A DNA stretch of 64,000 nt. It comes from a bacterium (GTDB lineage Bacteria > Electryoneota > Electryoneia > Electryoneales > Electryoneaceae). Position numbers and translations under genes: made by a program. This document shows, one piece after another, positions 1-10,584 of this stretch (the stretch's first letter is position 1; every line of letters starts with the position of its first letter). The DNA lies in NCBI GenBank assembly GCA_963675295.2, contig CAXXKJ010000001.1:64001-128000 (forward strand), given 5' to 3'. A model generated the notes under the pieces. That model had not been told where the DNA came from, ran no database searches, and saw nothing but the letters and a program-made list of their open reading frames with translations.

Positions 1-589
1 GGATGGTCAAGCCGTGCCGTCCGATATCGCCGCTGACCAGGATCGCGTCACCCGACGCGATCCGTTCCGGGCCGACACACACACCCTGTGGCACCACGCC
101 GATCCCGGCCGTATTAATATACAGCCCGTCACCCTTGCCACGGTCAACAACTTTCGTATCTCCGGTGACCAGGATGACATCGGATGCGTCCGCCGCTGCG
201 CGCATGCTCGCGGTAACCTTCTCCAGCACCGTCATCTCGAGCCCTTCCTCGAGAATGAATCCGGCGCTCAGGTAGAGCGGTTTCGCGCCCGCCATCGCGA
301 GATCGTTGACCGTGCCATGAACCGCCAGCGAGCCGATGTCGCCGCCGGGGAAAAACAGGGGGGAGATGACGTAGGAGTCCGTGGTGAACGCGAGGTCACC
401 GTCCGGAGCGGTCAGACGGGCGGCGTCGTGTTCGGCGGTGTAGCCGTCGCGGGCGAAGGTTTTCGCGAACACGTTCTGGATCAGGTCACGCATCAACGTA
501 CCGCCGCCGCCATGGGCAAGCAGCACGCGATCATGCTTGCTCAGCGGCATCGGGCACGCCATGTCCGCCGGATTGATCGGATCAGCCAT
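1..589 (-). CDS. hypE: Hydrogenase maturation protein HypE (3' end runs off window)
   Basis: Not in ORF track; manual translation from ATG at 589 gives [41 protein letters not shown]..., the typical HypE N-terminus; overlaps the hypD stop. Confidence 0.93.
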   Translation of the reverse strand, partial: MADPINPADMACPMPLSKHDRVLLAHGGGGTLMRDLIQNVFAKTFARDGYTAEHDAARLTAPDGDLAFTTDSYVISPLFFPGGDIGSLAVHGTVNDLAMAGAKPLYLSAGFILEEGLEMTVLEKVTASMRAAADASDVILVTGDTKVVDRGKGDGLYINTAGIGVVPQGVCVGPERIASGDAILVSGDIGRHGLTI

Positions 590-1700
590 CGCGCACCGTT
601 TCGCTTCTCATTGCCGCCGAGGGACGATACTTCCAGTATGCCGCGCACGCGCCTTCGGACGAAACCATCGTCGCTCCGAGCGGGTGTTCCGGCGTGCATT
701 CGACCCCGAACAACGGACAGTCTGTGGGTTTCAGACGGCCCTGTAGCACCAGTCCGCTCCGGCAACGGGGATCTTCCTGCGACTGAATGTTGCCGACATC
801 GAACCGGCGTTCCGCATCGAATTCCGTCCACGCGTCGCGGAACCGAAGGCCGCTCATCGGAATCGATCCCAGCCCGCGCCACTGCCGGTCGCACGGTTCG
901 AACACTTCGTCCACCACCGCCCATGCACGCGGGTTGCCCTCCCGCTGCACCACGCGCCCGTACCGGTTGTCAACCGTAGCGGTGCCAGCCTCCAACTGCC
1001 GTACCGTCTCGAGAATTCCACTCAGAATGTCCACCGGTTCGAAGCCGGTGACGACAATTGGGATGCCGTAGTCTGCGGCGAACCGTTCGTAATCCGCAAA
1101 ACCAGTTACGGTACAAACATGCCCGGCCGCGAGGAAGCCCTGGACCAGGTTTTCCGGCGAGGACAGAATCGCCTCAATCGCGGGCGGGACCAGCACATGC
1201 GCGGTCAGCAGCGACACGTTAGTCAGCCTCAGCAGACGCGCCTGCTGCGCCAGCATCGCCGTCGCCGGGGCGGTGGTCTCGAAACCGACCGCGAAGAATA
1301 CCACCTGCTTGTCCGGATTTGCCTGCGCAAGCTTGATCGCGTCCAACGGCGAGTACACCATCCGCACATCGCCGCCGTTCGCCTTGACCATCAGCAGGTC
1401 TTTGTCCGTGCCCGGCACACGCATCATGTCGCCGAACGTGGTGAAAATGACGTCCTCTCGCGACGCAATCGCCAGCGCACGGTCGATGATTTCAATCGGT
1501 GTGACACACACCGGGCAACCGGGACCGTGCACCAGTGTGATCTCGTCCGGTAGCAGTTCGTCGATCCCGAAACGGACAATCGCGTGCGTCTGTCCGCCGC
1601 AGATTTCCATGATCGTCCATGGACGCGTCACCACCCGCCGCAGCTCCGCCGCCAACGTTTTCACCGTCGCTGGGTCACGGTATTCGTCGATGTACTTCAT
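582..1700 (-). CDS. hypD: Hydrogenase maturation protein HypD
   Basis: [37 protein letters not shown] motifs. Confidence 0.97.
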   Translation of the reverse strand: MKYIDEYRDPATVKTLAAELRRVVTRPWTIMEICGGQTHAIVRFGIDELLPDEITLVHGPGCPVCVTPIEIIDRALAIASREDVIFTTFGDMMRVPGTDKDLLMVKANGGDVRMVYSPLDAIKLAQANPDKQVVFFAVGFETTAPATAMLAQQARLLRLTNVSLLTAHVLVPPAIEAILSSPENLVQGFLAAGHVCTVTGFADYERFAADYGIPIVVTGFEPVDILSGILETVRQLEAGTATVDNRYGRVVQREGNPRAWAVVDEVFEPCDRQWRGLGSIPMSGLRFRDAWTEFDAERRFDVGNIQSQEDPRCRSGLVLQGRLKPTDCPLFGVECTPEHPLGATMVSSEGACAAYWKYRPSAAMRSETVRDG

Positions 1701-2008
1701 GCGCCAGTTTCCGGTGGTGCGTTCGGGCTGCCGCTGGCCTGTTCACGACGGTCGAATTCGTCGCCATCGATCAAGCCGCCGCCCAGTTCGCCCAAGCGGC
1801 GCAGTTCGTCCAGTGTGCGTTCGGCTTCCTCTTCGTCGATCACGTTCAGCGCGAAGCCGGCGTGCACCAGCACCCAGTCCTGTTCCATCGCGTCAGGGAG
1901 GAGCGAGAGGCTGACTTCACGCACGATTCCGTTGAAGTCAATTTTCCCGGTGCGCAGCAAACCCTCACCGTCCACCGATACCACCCGGCCCGGTATTGCG
2001 AGGCACAT
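1697..2008 (-). CDS. hypC: Hydrogenase assembly chaperone HypC
   Basis: N-terminal [16 protein letters not shown]; acidic C-terminal extension. Confidence 0.97.
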   Translation of the reverse strand: MCLAIPGRVVSVDGEGLLRTGKIDFNGIVREVSLSLLPDAMEQDWVLVHAGFALNVIDEEEAERTLDELRRLGELGGGLIDGDEFDRREQASGSPNAPPETGA

Positions 2009-2010
2009 GC

Positions 2011-4296
2011 TTACCTCCTGCCCGTGGTGCGCGCGTAATGGATCTGACCCAGGGCGATGCCGCCGTCGTTGGGCGGAACCAGCTCTGCCCAGTAGACCCG
2101 CTTGCCAGCCTGTTGCAATCCTTCCACCGCCAGCTCATGCAGCAGCTTGTTCTGGAAGCAGCCACCGCTGAGCACGATCTGTTCCACCGGCGACTGAGCC
2201 GCCAGCCGCACGATGACATCCGCCAACCCGCGATGGAACCGTGTCGAGATTACGCCAACCGCCGTCTCAGCCGCGAGGTCGACGAACACCTGGTCCAGCA
2301 CGTTCGCCCAGTCGATCAGCGTCGGGCCGTCATTCTGCGGCAGCAACGTAAATTCGTAGGCGCCCGGTTCATCCAGATCCGCCGCCCACTCGAATTCCAT
2401 CGCCGCCTGGCCTTCGAAGGAGTTTCGCGCACGGACACGGGTCAACGCCGACATCGCATCAAACAGCCGGCCCATGCTGGACGTCTCCGGGCTGTTCACA
2501 CCGGAGTCCAGCATCCGTAGCATGACCTCACGATCATGACCCGTGATCATGTGTGACTGATACTTGTCGAGGAGCGCCGGGGTGTCGTCTCCCTGCCACG
2601 CGTACAGCAGCCCCAACGCGCTGCGACGGGGATCTTTCGACGCCGCATCACCGCCCGGAAGGTGGAAAGTTCGCAGGTGCGCCGCGCGAGTCCAGCCATC
2701 CTCGCCAACCTCGATCACCTCGCCGCCCCAGACCGTGCCGTCCGGACCGAGGCCGGTCCCGTCCCACGCGAACCCGAGCACAGGCGCGGCGAGCTGGTGT
2801 TCGGCCATCACCGCATGCACATGCGCCACGTGATGCTGCACCGTGGTCACCGGCACGCCCTGCTTGTGCGCATACATTGACGACAGGTAGTCAGGGTGCT
2901 CATCTGCGACGATCTCCACCGGCTCATCGTCGTAAATCGACACCAGCTGCGTGATCGCGTCACGGAAGGCATCCATCGCAAGTTCAGTCTCGAGGTCGCC
3001 GATGTGCTGACTGATGTACGCCTGCGGGCCGTGCGCGTACGCAATCGTGTTTTTCAAATGTGCGCCGACCGCGACTTGAACCGGACCGTCGCCCGGCACC
3101 GACACCGGCAACGGCGCGTACCCCCGCGACCGCCGCAACAGCTGCGGCCGGCCGGAGATCACCCGTGCCACCGAATCGTCCACCGGACGCAGGATTGGCC
3201 GATTATGCACCAGGAACAGGTCGGCAATGCTGTTCAACCGCGTGACAGCTTTGTGTTCGTCAATGCAGATCGGTTCGTCGGAGAGGTTCGCGCTGGTCGC
3301 GACCAACGGCACCCCGACTTCCGCCATCAGCAGGTGGTGCAACGGCGTGTACGGCAGCATCACTCCCAGCCGCGGGTTGCCCGGCGCGACCGCCTCGGCG
3401 ATGTAAATCGTCGGATCGTCACTGCGTTCCAGCAACACAATCGGCGCCTGCTGCGTCATCAGCAGGTCCACTTCTTCGTTCGTCGCATTACAGAATCGAT
3501 GGACCTGCGGCATCCCGGACGCGAGCAGCGCGAACGGTTTCTCCGCCCGCCGTTTGCGTTTGCGCAGCCGCTTGACCGAGTCCTCATCATCCGCGCGAAC
3601 CATCAGATGGAACCCGCCCAAGCCCTTCACCGCGACAATCTGGCACGCCAGCAACGCCTGTCCGGCGGTCGCCAACGCTTCGTCCTTGACCGCAATTTCC
3701 CGTCCGCCCGGACCCCACAGAGCGAGCTGCGGGCCGCACACCGAACACGCGTTCGGCTGCGCGTGGAATCGGCGATCCGCCGGATCATCATACTCCGACT
3801 GGCACACCGGGCACAGCTCAAACTCGCGCATGCTGGTGTTGGGGCGATCGTACGGCAATTCCCGGACAATGCTGAACCGTGGGCCGCAGTTGGTGCAGTT
3901 GGTGAACGGATAGCCGTCGCGGCGGTTCTTCTCATCGAAGATGTCGTTGACACAATCCCGGCAGGAACCGAGATCGGGGAGGATGTACGCATGTTTCGCA
4001 CCGGCTTCGCTGTGCCGGATCTCGAACCTGTCGCTGTCTTCGGGTGGCAGTTCTTCCTGCTCGATGGAGTTGAGGATGGCGTTCCGGGGAGGTGCGTGCC
4101 GCAGGAGATTAAGAAAATGCTCGATACTCCCTGGATTCCCCTGGACCTCCAGCTCAACACCGGCGCCGGTGTTACGTACCCAGCCGGTGAGGTGATTGTC
4201 GAGGGCGATGCGATAGACAAACGGACGGAACCCAACTCCCTGCACGGCACCCGTAACAATGAGTCCAATACGCCGCATGTCCTGCACTTCACTCAT
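2011..4296 (-). CDS. hypF: Carbamoyltransferase HypF
   Basis: Acylphosphatase GAVQGVGFRPF, Zn fingers (FTNCTNCGPR, FHAQPNAC), KGLGGFHL, QHHVAH, PPNDGGIALGQ. Confidence 0.97.
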   Translation of the reverse strand: MSEVQDMRRIGLIVTGAVQGVGFRPFVYRIALDNHLTGWVRNTGAGVELEVQGNPGSIEHFLNLLRHAPPRNAILNSIEQEELPPEDSDRFEIRHSEAGAKHAYILPDLGSCRDCVNDIFDEKNRRDGYPFTNCTNCGPRFSIVRELPYDRPNTSMREFELCPVCQSEYDDPADRRFHAQPNACSVCGPQLALWGPGGREIAVKDEALATAGQALLACQIVAVKGLGGFHLMVRADDEDSVKRLRKRKRRAEKPFALLASGMPQVHRFCNATNEEVDLLMTQQAPIVLLERSDDPTIYIAEAVAPGNPRLGVMLPYTPLHHLLMAEVGVPLVATSANLSDEPICIDEHKAVTRLNSIADLFLVHNRPILRPVDDSVARVISGRPQLLRRSRGYAPLPVSVPGDGPVQVAVGAHLKNTIAYAHGPQAYISQHIGDLETELAMDAFRDAITQLVSIYDDEPVEIVADEHPDYLSSMYAHKQGVPVTTVQHHVAHVHAVMAEHQLAAPVLGFAWDGTGLGPDGTVWGGEVIEVGEDGWTRAAHLRTFHLPGGDAASKDPRRSALGLLYAWQGDDTPALLDKYQSHMITGHDREVMLRMLDSGVNSPETSSMGRLFDAMSALTRVRARNSFEGQAAMEFEWAADLDEPGAYEFTLLPQNDGPTLIDWANVLDQVFVDLAAETAVGVISTRFHRGLADVIVRLAAQSPVEQIVLSGGCFQNKLLHELAVEGLQQAGKRVYWAELVPPNDGGIALGQIHYARTTGRR

Positions 4297-4325
4297 ACAA
4301 ATCCCAGGCTGACGCGCGGTGTCCG

Positions 4326-4970
4326 TTATCTGAGCTGTGCGAGTAAAAAGTCCGCGAGTTCGTTGATTCCTTCGCCCGTGCGGGCGGAAACCGTAAAGAA
4401 GGTAAGCTCCGGATTCAGCCGCAACGCATCCTCCGTCGCCTGCTCGATGCTGAAATCCGTGTACTCGAGAATGTCGGCCTTGTTGAACACGACCACGTCC
4501 GCCTTCTGAAACATCGGCGGATACTTCGCAACCTTGTCATGCCCCTCAGTCACCGACAAGACGACGATCCGCAGCTTCTCACCGAGGTCGTGGGAGGCTG
4601 TACACACCAGGTTGCCGACATTTTCCACCACCAGCAGGTTGAGATCGTCCAACGGTAACGAGTCCAACGCAATCGCCACCATGTTCGCTTCGAGATGGCA
4701 CCCGCCGCCGGTATTGATCTGCGTTGCCGGCCAGCCGATTGATTCGATGCGCTCGCCGTCACGCGAGGTCGCGAGGTCGCCTTCAATCACGCCGACACGC
4801 TTCGACCCCTGCCATACCTTGCCCAGAGCTTCGAGCACCGTCGTCTTGCCCGAGCCCGGCGAGCCGAGCAGGTTGATCATGTTCAGGTTGAGCGTGCTCA
4901 GACGGGCACGATTCGCTGCGGCAATCGTATCGTTCGCCTTCAACAGGTCCTTGCTGACAACGATTTCCAT
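4326..4970 (-). CDS. hypB: Nickel-insertion GTPase HypB
   Basis: GSPGSGKT, IEGD, GGGCHL, ENVGNLVC, SARTGEG; start placed at ATG 4970 (MEIVVSK), ORF open to 5015. Confidence 0.95.
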   Translation of the reverse strand: MEIVVSKDLLKANDTIAAANRARLSTLNLNMINLLGSPGSGKTTVLEALGKVWQGSKRVGVIEGDLATSRDGERIESIGWPATQINTGGGCHLEANMVAIALDSLPLDDLNLLVVENVGNLVCTASHDLGEKLRIVVLSVTEGHDKVAKYPPMFQKADVVVFNKADILEYTDFSIEQATEDALRLNPELTFFTVSARTGEGINELADFLLAQLR

Positions 4971-5018
4971 CCATCCCTCGCCGTGATCTTGTTGTGCAAA
5001 GGGGCGCTGAAACAACGC

Positions 5019-5140
5019 GTCATACTGACGCCGCGTCTGTTTGCGGCGGAAGAAGATCCAGCTACACTACCCCCAAATCGTCGCGCCAACGGTTGGGAAT
5101 TTGGCTCTTCTTCACTTCTCTTCGTTCCGTTCAGAATGAC
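5019..5140. repeat. REP/REPIN-like imperfect palindrome (GTCAT...ATGAC family), copy 1
   Basis: Ends GTCATACTGA...TCAGAATGAC; 33 bp (5108-5140) identical to 12304-12336. Confidence 0.7.
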
Positions 5141-5177
5141 TTTCTGCCTGGCCATCGTCGCAGTTGACTGGCAACTC

Positions 5178-5540
5178 TCACGATGGTTCCTCACCGTCAT
5201 CGACGTCCAACGACACCAGCTGCAACTCCCGGCCGCCCTCGATGGTGATCCGTCCATCCCCGCACGCGGGACACTGAAATGTGTACCCGTCGACCTCGTT
5301 TTCCGCACCGCATGCGAGACAACGGCAGATTGCCGGAGGTTCCTCGATCTCCAGCGACGCGCCCGCAAATCGTGTTGACGGCGCGACTACCTCGAACGCT
5401 CCGCGCAAGGCTTCCGGGCTCGCGCCGGACAACTTGCCGACACGCAGAACCAGTGTCCGTACCGGCCCCGAAACTCCCGACGCCGCGAGTTCCGTTTCGC
5501 CGATCCGGACAATTTCTTCGATTAAGCCGAGTTCATGCAC
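5178..5540 (-). CDS. hypA: Nickel chaperone HypA
   Basis: GTG start giving (M)HEL; VGKLSG; CLAC...CPAC Zn site; GGRELQL. Confidence 0.94.
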   Translation of the reverse strand: MHELGLIEEIVRIGETELAASGVSGPVRTLVLRVGKLSGASPEALRGAFEVVAPSTRFAGASLEIEEPPAICRCLACGAENEVDGYTFQCPACGDGRITIEGGRELQLVSLDVDDGEEPS

Positions 5541-5766
5541 AGCGCGCCCACCGTCGGACCACCCCTGCATTTAAAAATAAAGGTTTACTCCGATTCGGAA
5601 ACAGGAATGATTCGTAAAATCTAATATCCGCGTGTGGATCATGTCCTTGTTTTTCAACATCCTACTGTGAAACCGGAGGCGAGTTAACCTCCCCTATGTT
5701 ATTCCACTGACCCGATTGATTCACATTCTCGCCGGAAGTCGTTTGGAAGCAAGCACTTTGTGCCAG

Positions 5767-5793
5767 ATATTACGAATCATCGGTATGTAATAC
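5767..5793. promoter_or_regulatory. Candidate NikR operator
   Basis: ATATTAC-N13-GTAATAC inverted repeat 10 bp upstream of nikR; same geometry recurs at 19458-19484. Confidence 0.65.
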
Positions 5794-5803
5794 CGGGAGC
5801 CCC

Positions 5804-6259
5804 ATGTCCGATCTTGTCCGGCTCAGTATCACCATGGAACGGGATCTACACGAACAGCTCCAGGCGATTATTGAGGACGAACCGTTCGAAAATCGTTCCG
5901 CCTTCCTGCGCAACATCATCCGCAATGTGCTGGTGCAGCGCGAGTGGGAACGGGATGAAGATGTCATCGGGACCATTACCCTCATCTTCAACCACCATTC
6001 CTCCGATCTCAACCGCCGCCTTACCGAACATCAGCACCATCACCACGACATGATCCTCGCGACGACGCACGTTCACCTCGACCGTGAAATCTGCGCCGAA
6101 GTGATCATCGCACGCGGGCAGGCGAGTGAGATCCAGCGGTTCACCGAGCAGATTCGCCAGCAGCGAGGCGTGTTGCACACCGCGCTTTCCATGAGCACCA
6201 CGGGCAATTCACACGATCATCCGCATCACAACGGGGAGGGGATGGATGCATCTGCCTGA
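5804..6259 (+). CDS. nikR: Nickel-responsive regulator NikR
   Basis: RHH N-terminus (RLSITM...NRSAFLRNII), HH...QH...THVHLD...CAEVI Ni-binding domain. Confidence 0.95.
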   Translation: MSDLVRLSITMERDLHEQLQAIIEDEPFENRSAFLRNIIRNVLVQREWERDEDVIGTITLIFNHHSSDLNRRLTEHQHHHHDMILATTHVHLDREICAEVIIARGQASEIQRFTEQIRQQRGVLHTALSMSTTGNSHDHPHHNGEGMDASA

Positions 6260-6908
6260 CGGATTCGTTTCGGCCCCGGTGGCGGGCGTCACGACGGCGC
6301 TGGCAATCGTTGCGTGCGCGGTGTCGATCCGGCAAGCCCGGAAAACGCTGGACACGAAAACCGTGCCACTGCTCGGGGTGACCGCCGCATTCATTTTCTC
6401 CGCCCAGATGATCAACTTTCCCGTTGCCGCCGGAACCAGCGGCCATGTACTCGGCGCGGCGCTGGCGGTCGCGCTGCTCGGCCCGTGGAGCGGCTTTCTG
6501 GTGATGACGGTGACGCTGGTTTTACAGGCATTGTTGTTCGCGGACGGTGGCATCACCGCCCTTGGCGCGAATCTGATCAACATGGGGCTGGTCGGCGGTG
6601 GAGTCGCGTGGCTGGTGCTGCACTCGGCGCGTACGATGAAGCTGCCGGTGCGCTTCCTGCCGCTTGCCGGCGGGGTGGCGGCGTGGCTGTCGCTGGTAAT
6701 AGCCTCCGCGACCTGCGCCGCAATCCTGGCATTCTCTGGAATCGTGCCCGCGAAGCTGGTGTTTCCAGCGATGATCGGGGTGCACGCCATCATCGGCATC
6801 GGCGAGGGGATCGTCACCGCCTCCGCGCTGTCGCTGATCCTCGCGTGGCGGCCCGATTTGCTCAACGCAAGCCCGCAATCCGCCCTCTACCGCGGGAGGC
6901 TGGCATGA
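6246..6908 (+). CDS. nikM: ECF Ni/Co transporter S component NikM/CbiM
   Basis: N-terminal MHLPDG, QMINFP, GTSGH, LFADGGITALGAN. Confidence 0.9.
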   Translation: MHLPDGFVSAPVAGVTTALAIVACAVSIRQARKTLDTKTVPLLGVTAAFIFSAQMINFPVAAGTSGHVLGAALAVALLGPWSGFLVMTVTLVLQALLFADGGITALGANLINMGLVGGGVAWLVLHSARTMKLPVRFLPLAGGVAAWLSLVIASATCAAILAFSGIVPAKLVFPAMIGVHAIIGIGEGIVTASALSLILAWRPDLLNASPQSALYRGRLA

Positions 6909-7237
6909 CACAGCCCGCGCGCGAGACCAGCCGGCGTCGTTTCCTGTTTGGCTTTCTAACGGTCGCGTTCGTGCTCGCGGCGTTGATCTCGCCGTTCGCG
7001 TCGGATTGGGCGGACGGTCTCGAGGCCGTCGCGGCGAAACTCGGCTTCATCGAACACGCTGACGCGCAGCCGCCGGTCCTCGAGTCGCCCTTGCCGGATT
7101 ACACGATCCCCGGGGTCGAAAATGAGGGCCTGTCCACTTCGCTTGCCGGCGTAGCGGGCACACTGGCAACGCTACTTGTGATGCTCGCGCTCGGCTGGGG
7201 TATCGCAGCACGGAAAAAAGCCGGATCAGCCGAATGA
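6905..7237 (+). CDS. nikN: PDGLE-domain membrane protein NikN
   Basis: In-frame ATG at 6905; FASDWADGLE, PLPDYTIPG, two TM helices. Confidence 0.85.
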   Translation: MTQPARETSRRRFLFGFLTVAFVLAALISPFASDWADGLEAVAAKLGFIEHADAQPPVLESPLPDYTIPGVENEGLSTSLAGVAGTLATLLVMLALGWGIAARKKAGSAE

Positions 7238-7953
7238 ACCCAGCCGCATCCTCTGCAACCACCACCAGCTTTGATCCGCGCACCGTCGTCCTGACGCAGT
7301 TCATCCTGCTGCTCGGCGTGGTGTTCACTCCGCCCGGTCAGTTCATTTCGCTGTTCGCGTTTACACTGGTGATTGCGGGAGTGGCGCTTTTGTTTCGCAT
7401 TTCCATCCCAGCCTTCGTCGCGAAAACAAAACGCGCGCTTCCCGTCGCGATGTTGATTGTCTTACCTGTGCTGCTGCTGCGTGGCCTGGCTGCCAATGAT
7501 GCCGCCATGTGGCTGACCACCGCCGGGCTGCTGCTGAAAGTGTTGCTGGCGTTGACGTGTGCGCTGGTGCTGTTGACCGTGCTGCCGTTTCACGAACTCC
7601 TGCTCGCCCTGCGACGCCTGCGTGTGCCGACCCTGTTCCTCGACATTCTCGCGATGGCATACCGGTTCCTCGATGTGCTCAACGCCGAACGTGTGCAGCT
7701 CGTCCGTTCCCTCGCTGCACGGGGGCACACCGGCGCGTGGATCTGGCAGTCCCGCATGCCGGGCAAGCTGGCCGGGTCATTGTTCCTGCGCTCGATCGAG
7801 CGCGGGGAACGCATCCACATGGCGATGCTCGCGCGTGGCTATGAAGGCGCGGCGGGCGATTCGCTCCATCCGGCACGGCTGGCCGTGCGTGATTTCGTCG
7901 TGCTGGATTCAGCCGGCCTGATCACGCTGCTCATCCTGTGGGTGCTGCCATGA
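7234..7953 (+). CDS. nikQ: ECF T component CbiQ/NikQ
   Basis: DPR N-terminus, LRRLRVP, YRFL, ARG and LFLRSIERGERIHMAMLARGY. Confidence 0.9.
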   Translation: MNPAASSATTTSFDPRTVVLTQFILLLGVVFTPPGQFISLFAFTLVIAGVALLFRISIPAFVAKTKRALPVAMLIVLPVLLLRGLAANDAAMWLTTAGLLLKVLLALTCALVLLTVLPFHELLLALRRLRVPTLFLDILAMAYRFLDVLNAERVQLVRSLAARGHTGAWIWQSRMPGKLAGSLFLRSIERGERIHMAMLARGYEGAAGDSLHPARLAVRDFVVLDSAGLITLLILWVLP

Positions 7954-8648
7954 GCGAACTGATCCGCATCCGGCACCTCAGCTATCGTTACCCGGACGGC
8001 ACCACCGCGCTGCGGGACGTCTCGTTCATGATGGGGAACGACGAGCGAGTCGGGTTGCTCGGCGCGAACGGGTCCGGTAAGACCACGTTGCTGCTGCACC
8101 TGAACGGCCTGTTGCAAAGCAAAACCGGCGAGGTGGTGCTGGATGGGATGCCAGTGAACGTGTCCAACCTGAAGCAGATCCGGCAACGCGTCGGCTTCCT
8201 GTTTCAGAACCCGGACGATCAACTCTTTCTGCCGACCGTCGCCGAGAACATCGCGTTCGGGCTCGACAAACGGAACGGCGGTTCACCGGACCACATTGAT
8301 GATCTCCTGCGGCAGGTCGGGCTGGCTGGATTGGAAGGGCGGAATGCGTGGCATCTGAGCATCGGCGAGAAACGGCGCGCCAGCCTCGCCAGCGTGCTCG
8401 CGATGAAGGTGCGGCTGCTGGTCCTCGACGAACCCACCGCCGGCCTCGATCCGCGCGGCCAACGTGAGTTCGGCGACACCTTGGACGCCATGCGGCTGCC
8501 GATGGTGATCGCGTCCCACAACCTCGAGTTCGTGCGGCGACTGTGCACACGGGTGGTCGTGCTTGAACACGGCAGCGTCGCGGCGAATGGCCCCACCGAT
8601 ACCATCCTCAACGACCACGCCCTGCTGCTGCAACATGGGCTGGCGTGA
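7950..8648 (+). CDS. nikO: ECF ATPase CbiO/NikO
   Basis: GANGSGKT, FQNPDDQLF, LSIGEKRR, LDEPTAGLDP. Confidence 0.92.
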   Translation: MSELIRIRHLSYRYPDGTTALRDVSFMMGNDERVGLLGANGSGKTTLLLHLNGLLQSKTGEVVLDGMPVNVSNLKQIRQRVGFLFQNPDDQLFLPTVAENIAFGLDKRNGGSPDHIDDLLRQVGLAGLEGRNAWHLSIGEKRRASLASVLAMKVRLLVLDEPTAGLDPRGQREFGDTLDAMRLPMVIASHNLEFVRRLCTRVVVLEHGSVAANGPTDTILNDHALLLQHGLA

Positions 8649-8653
8649 AAGCA

Positions 8654-8777
8654 GGCTATAGGCTGTGGGCTGCGGACCACGGATGGCGGGCCAGGAGAAA
8701 CGAAACCGGGGACACTTTGTCCTCAAAGTGTCCCCGCAACGATGTCGTGTTGGGACACTTACAGGAGTAAGTGTCCC
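8654..8777. repeat. Degenerate heptamer array followed by two GGGACACTT hairpins (REP-like; may act as terminator between convergent genes)
   Basis: ggctata/ggctgtg/ggctgcg/gaccacg/gatggcg/ggccagg, then CCGGGGACACTTTG-TCCT-CAAAGTGTCCCCG (8706-8736) and GGGACACTTAC-AGGA-GTAAGTGTCCC (8752-8777). Confidence 0.75.
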
Positions 8778-8798
8778 GCCTGATCATACCCTAACCGT

Positions 8799-10313
8799 TT
8801 ACAACTCAATCCCGTACAACGTCCCGAACCGATCCGCGAGGTAGTCGACCAGATACTTCGACGTCGGCGCTTCACCGGTCACCTTCTCAATCAGCTCCTT
8901 CGGCGTATACTTGCGGCCCTGGCTGTGGATGTTGGTCGTCAACCAACCGCGGATGTCGTCGTACCGGCTCGCACGAACCAGGTCGTCCAACGGGCCGAGG
9001 TCACGGCTCAACGCGTGCGCGAACTGTGCGGCGTAGAGGTTGCCCAAGGCGTAGGTTGGGAAATAGCCAATGATTCCCAGTGACCAGTGGATGTCCTGCA
9101 GGCAGCCATCCGCATCGCTCGGCACCTCGACCCCGAGGTAGTCCTGGTAGCGCTCGTTCCACGCCGCCGGAACATCGTCGTACGATAAATCTCCGTGCAA
9201 GATTGCCAGCTCCAGCTCGAACCGGATCATGATGTGCAGGTTGTACGTCAGCTCGTCGGCGTCGACCCGGATCAACGACGGCTGCGCGGCGTTCATCGCG
9301 AACAGGAACGCGTCCATGTCCACATTCGCCAATTGCGGGAAATAGCCCTTCGCCACCGGCCACCACTTCTCCCAGAACGCACGCGTGCGGCCGATCTGAT
9401 TCTCCCAGAAACGGGACTGGGACTCGTGCACGCCGAGCGTGAGGAACTGCCCCATCGGGTTGCCCCACTCATCCTGCCGCACATTCTGGTCGTACATCGC
9501 ATGCCCGCCCTCGTGCACCGTGCTCGAGAACGCCGTATCGAACCGCTTTTCCTCGTAGCGTGTCGTGATACGGACATCGTTCGGGCCGAGCGTGGTGCAG
9601 AACGGGTGATGCGCGATCCCGATCGCGCCACGATCCGGATCAAAGCCGAGTGTCGTCACCACTTCGCGCACAAACTTCTTCTGCGCCTCGATGTCGAAGT
9701 TGCCCTCGATTGCGCTCATGTCCGGTTGACGCGGGGCGTCCTGGATCTTGTGGATCATCGTGACCAATGATTCGCGCAGGTTCTTGAAGATCTCCGCCAC
9801 GTCCTTCGTCTTTGCGCCGATCTCGTACTGGTCGATTAACGCGTCGTACGGATCATCCTCGTAGCCGAGTGCGTCCGCCACCTGTTTCTGCAGGTCGAAG
9901 GTTTTCTCCAGCCACGGCTTGAACAGCGGGAAATCGTTTTTGCCACGTGCCTCGATCCACGCGTTCCGGGCTCGAACGGACGTCTCGGTGATCTCCTGCA
10001 CCAGCTTGCGCGGTAGTTTCACCTGACGGTCATACTCCCTCCGCCACTCACGCACATTGACCGCTTCCGCCGAGCCCGCTTCGAACGCATCCGCCGCCTC
10101 GAGCTCACTGAGCAATTCGCCGACTTTCGGGTCGGTGAATCGGTCATGCCGCAGGCCGTTGATCAACGACGCCTGTTCGCCACGGTAGTCCGCCGCCGCG
10201 GCCGGCATCACCGTCTCATCGTCGTATTCGAGCACCGCGGTAATCGTTTCGAGGGTCGTTGCTTCGCGCATCCGGGCGCGCAGGTCAGCATACAGCGCTT
10301 GCGGGTCAGGCAT
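8799..10313 (-). CDS. Carboxypeptidase Taq, peptidase family M32
   Basis: HPF, HEGGHAMY, HESQSRFWEN, IRVDADE, GCLQDIHW, GYFPTYALG. Confidence 0.95.
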   Translation of the reverse strand: MPDPQALYADLRARMREATTLETITAVLEYDDETVMPAAAADYRGEQASLINGLRHDRFTDPKVGELLSELEAADAFEAGSAEAVNVREWRREYDRQVKLPRKLVQEITETSVRARNAWIEARGKNDFPLFKPWLEKTFDLQKQVADALGYEDDPYDALIDQYEIGAKTKDVAEIFKNLRESLVTMIHKIQDAPRQPDMSAIEGNFDIEAQKKFVREVVTTLGFDPDRGAIGIAHHPFCTTLGPNDVRITTRYEEKRFDTAFSSTVHEGGHAMYDQNVRQDEWGNPMGQFLTLGVHESQSRFWENQIGRTRAFWEKWWPVAKGYFPQLANVDMDAFLFAMNAAQPSLIRVDADELTYNLHIMIRFELELAILHGDLSYDDVPAAWNERYQDYLGVEVPSDADGCLQDIHWSLGIIGYFPTYALGNLYAAQFAHALSRDLGPLDDLVRASRYDDIRGWLTTNIHSQGRKYTPKELIEKVTGEAPTSKYLVDYLADRFGTLYGIEL

Positions 10314-10451
10314 CGGGGTCTCCGGGTTGGTCGTGGGCGGCTGAGGTGTCGTCTATGGGTCGTGTTCAGCCGGTGAGACAGGATACGGTCAGGAAGCATG
10401 AACCGGAAGAGAGTCAAAGCCGGAATTGACGGAGGGTGAGGCATGAGAAAG

Positions 10452-10584
10452 GGCTGTGGACGGCGGGCTGAGGGCTACGGGCAACGGACTACGGACTGCG
10501 GACTACGTACGGCGGTCTACGGACGGCGGACCAGGAGCTGATGGAAATGGAACCGGGGACACTTTGTCCCCAAAGTGTCCCCGA
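10452..10584. repeat. Heptamer array plus GGGACACTT hairpin (IS target, left duplication 10553-10584)
   Basis: About 12 heptamers of consensus G(G/A)CTACG, then ccaggag and CCGGGGACACTTTGTCCCCAAAGTGTCCCCGA. Confidence 0.75.

Noticed and set aside
14-4509. Plus-strand ORFs of 321 and 537 aa over the hyp operon
   Set aside because: Antisense to clearly identified hypE/hypD/hypF
5570-5803. Cobalamin riboswitch upstream of cbiMNQO-like genes
   Set aside because: No B12-box motifs seen; nikR, a candidate NikR box and the MHLPDG N-terminus point to nickel
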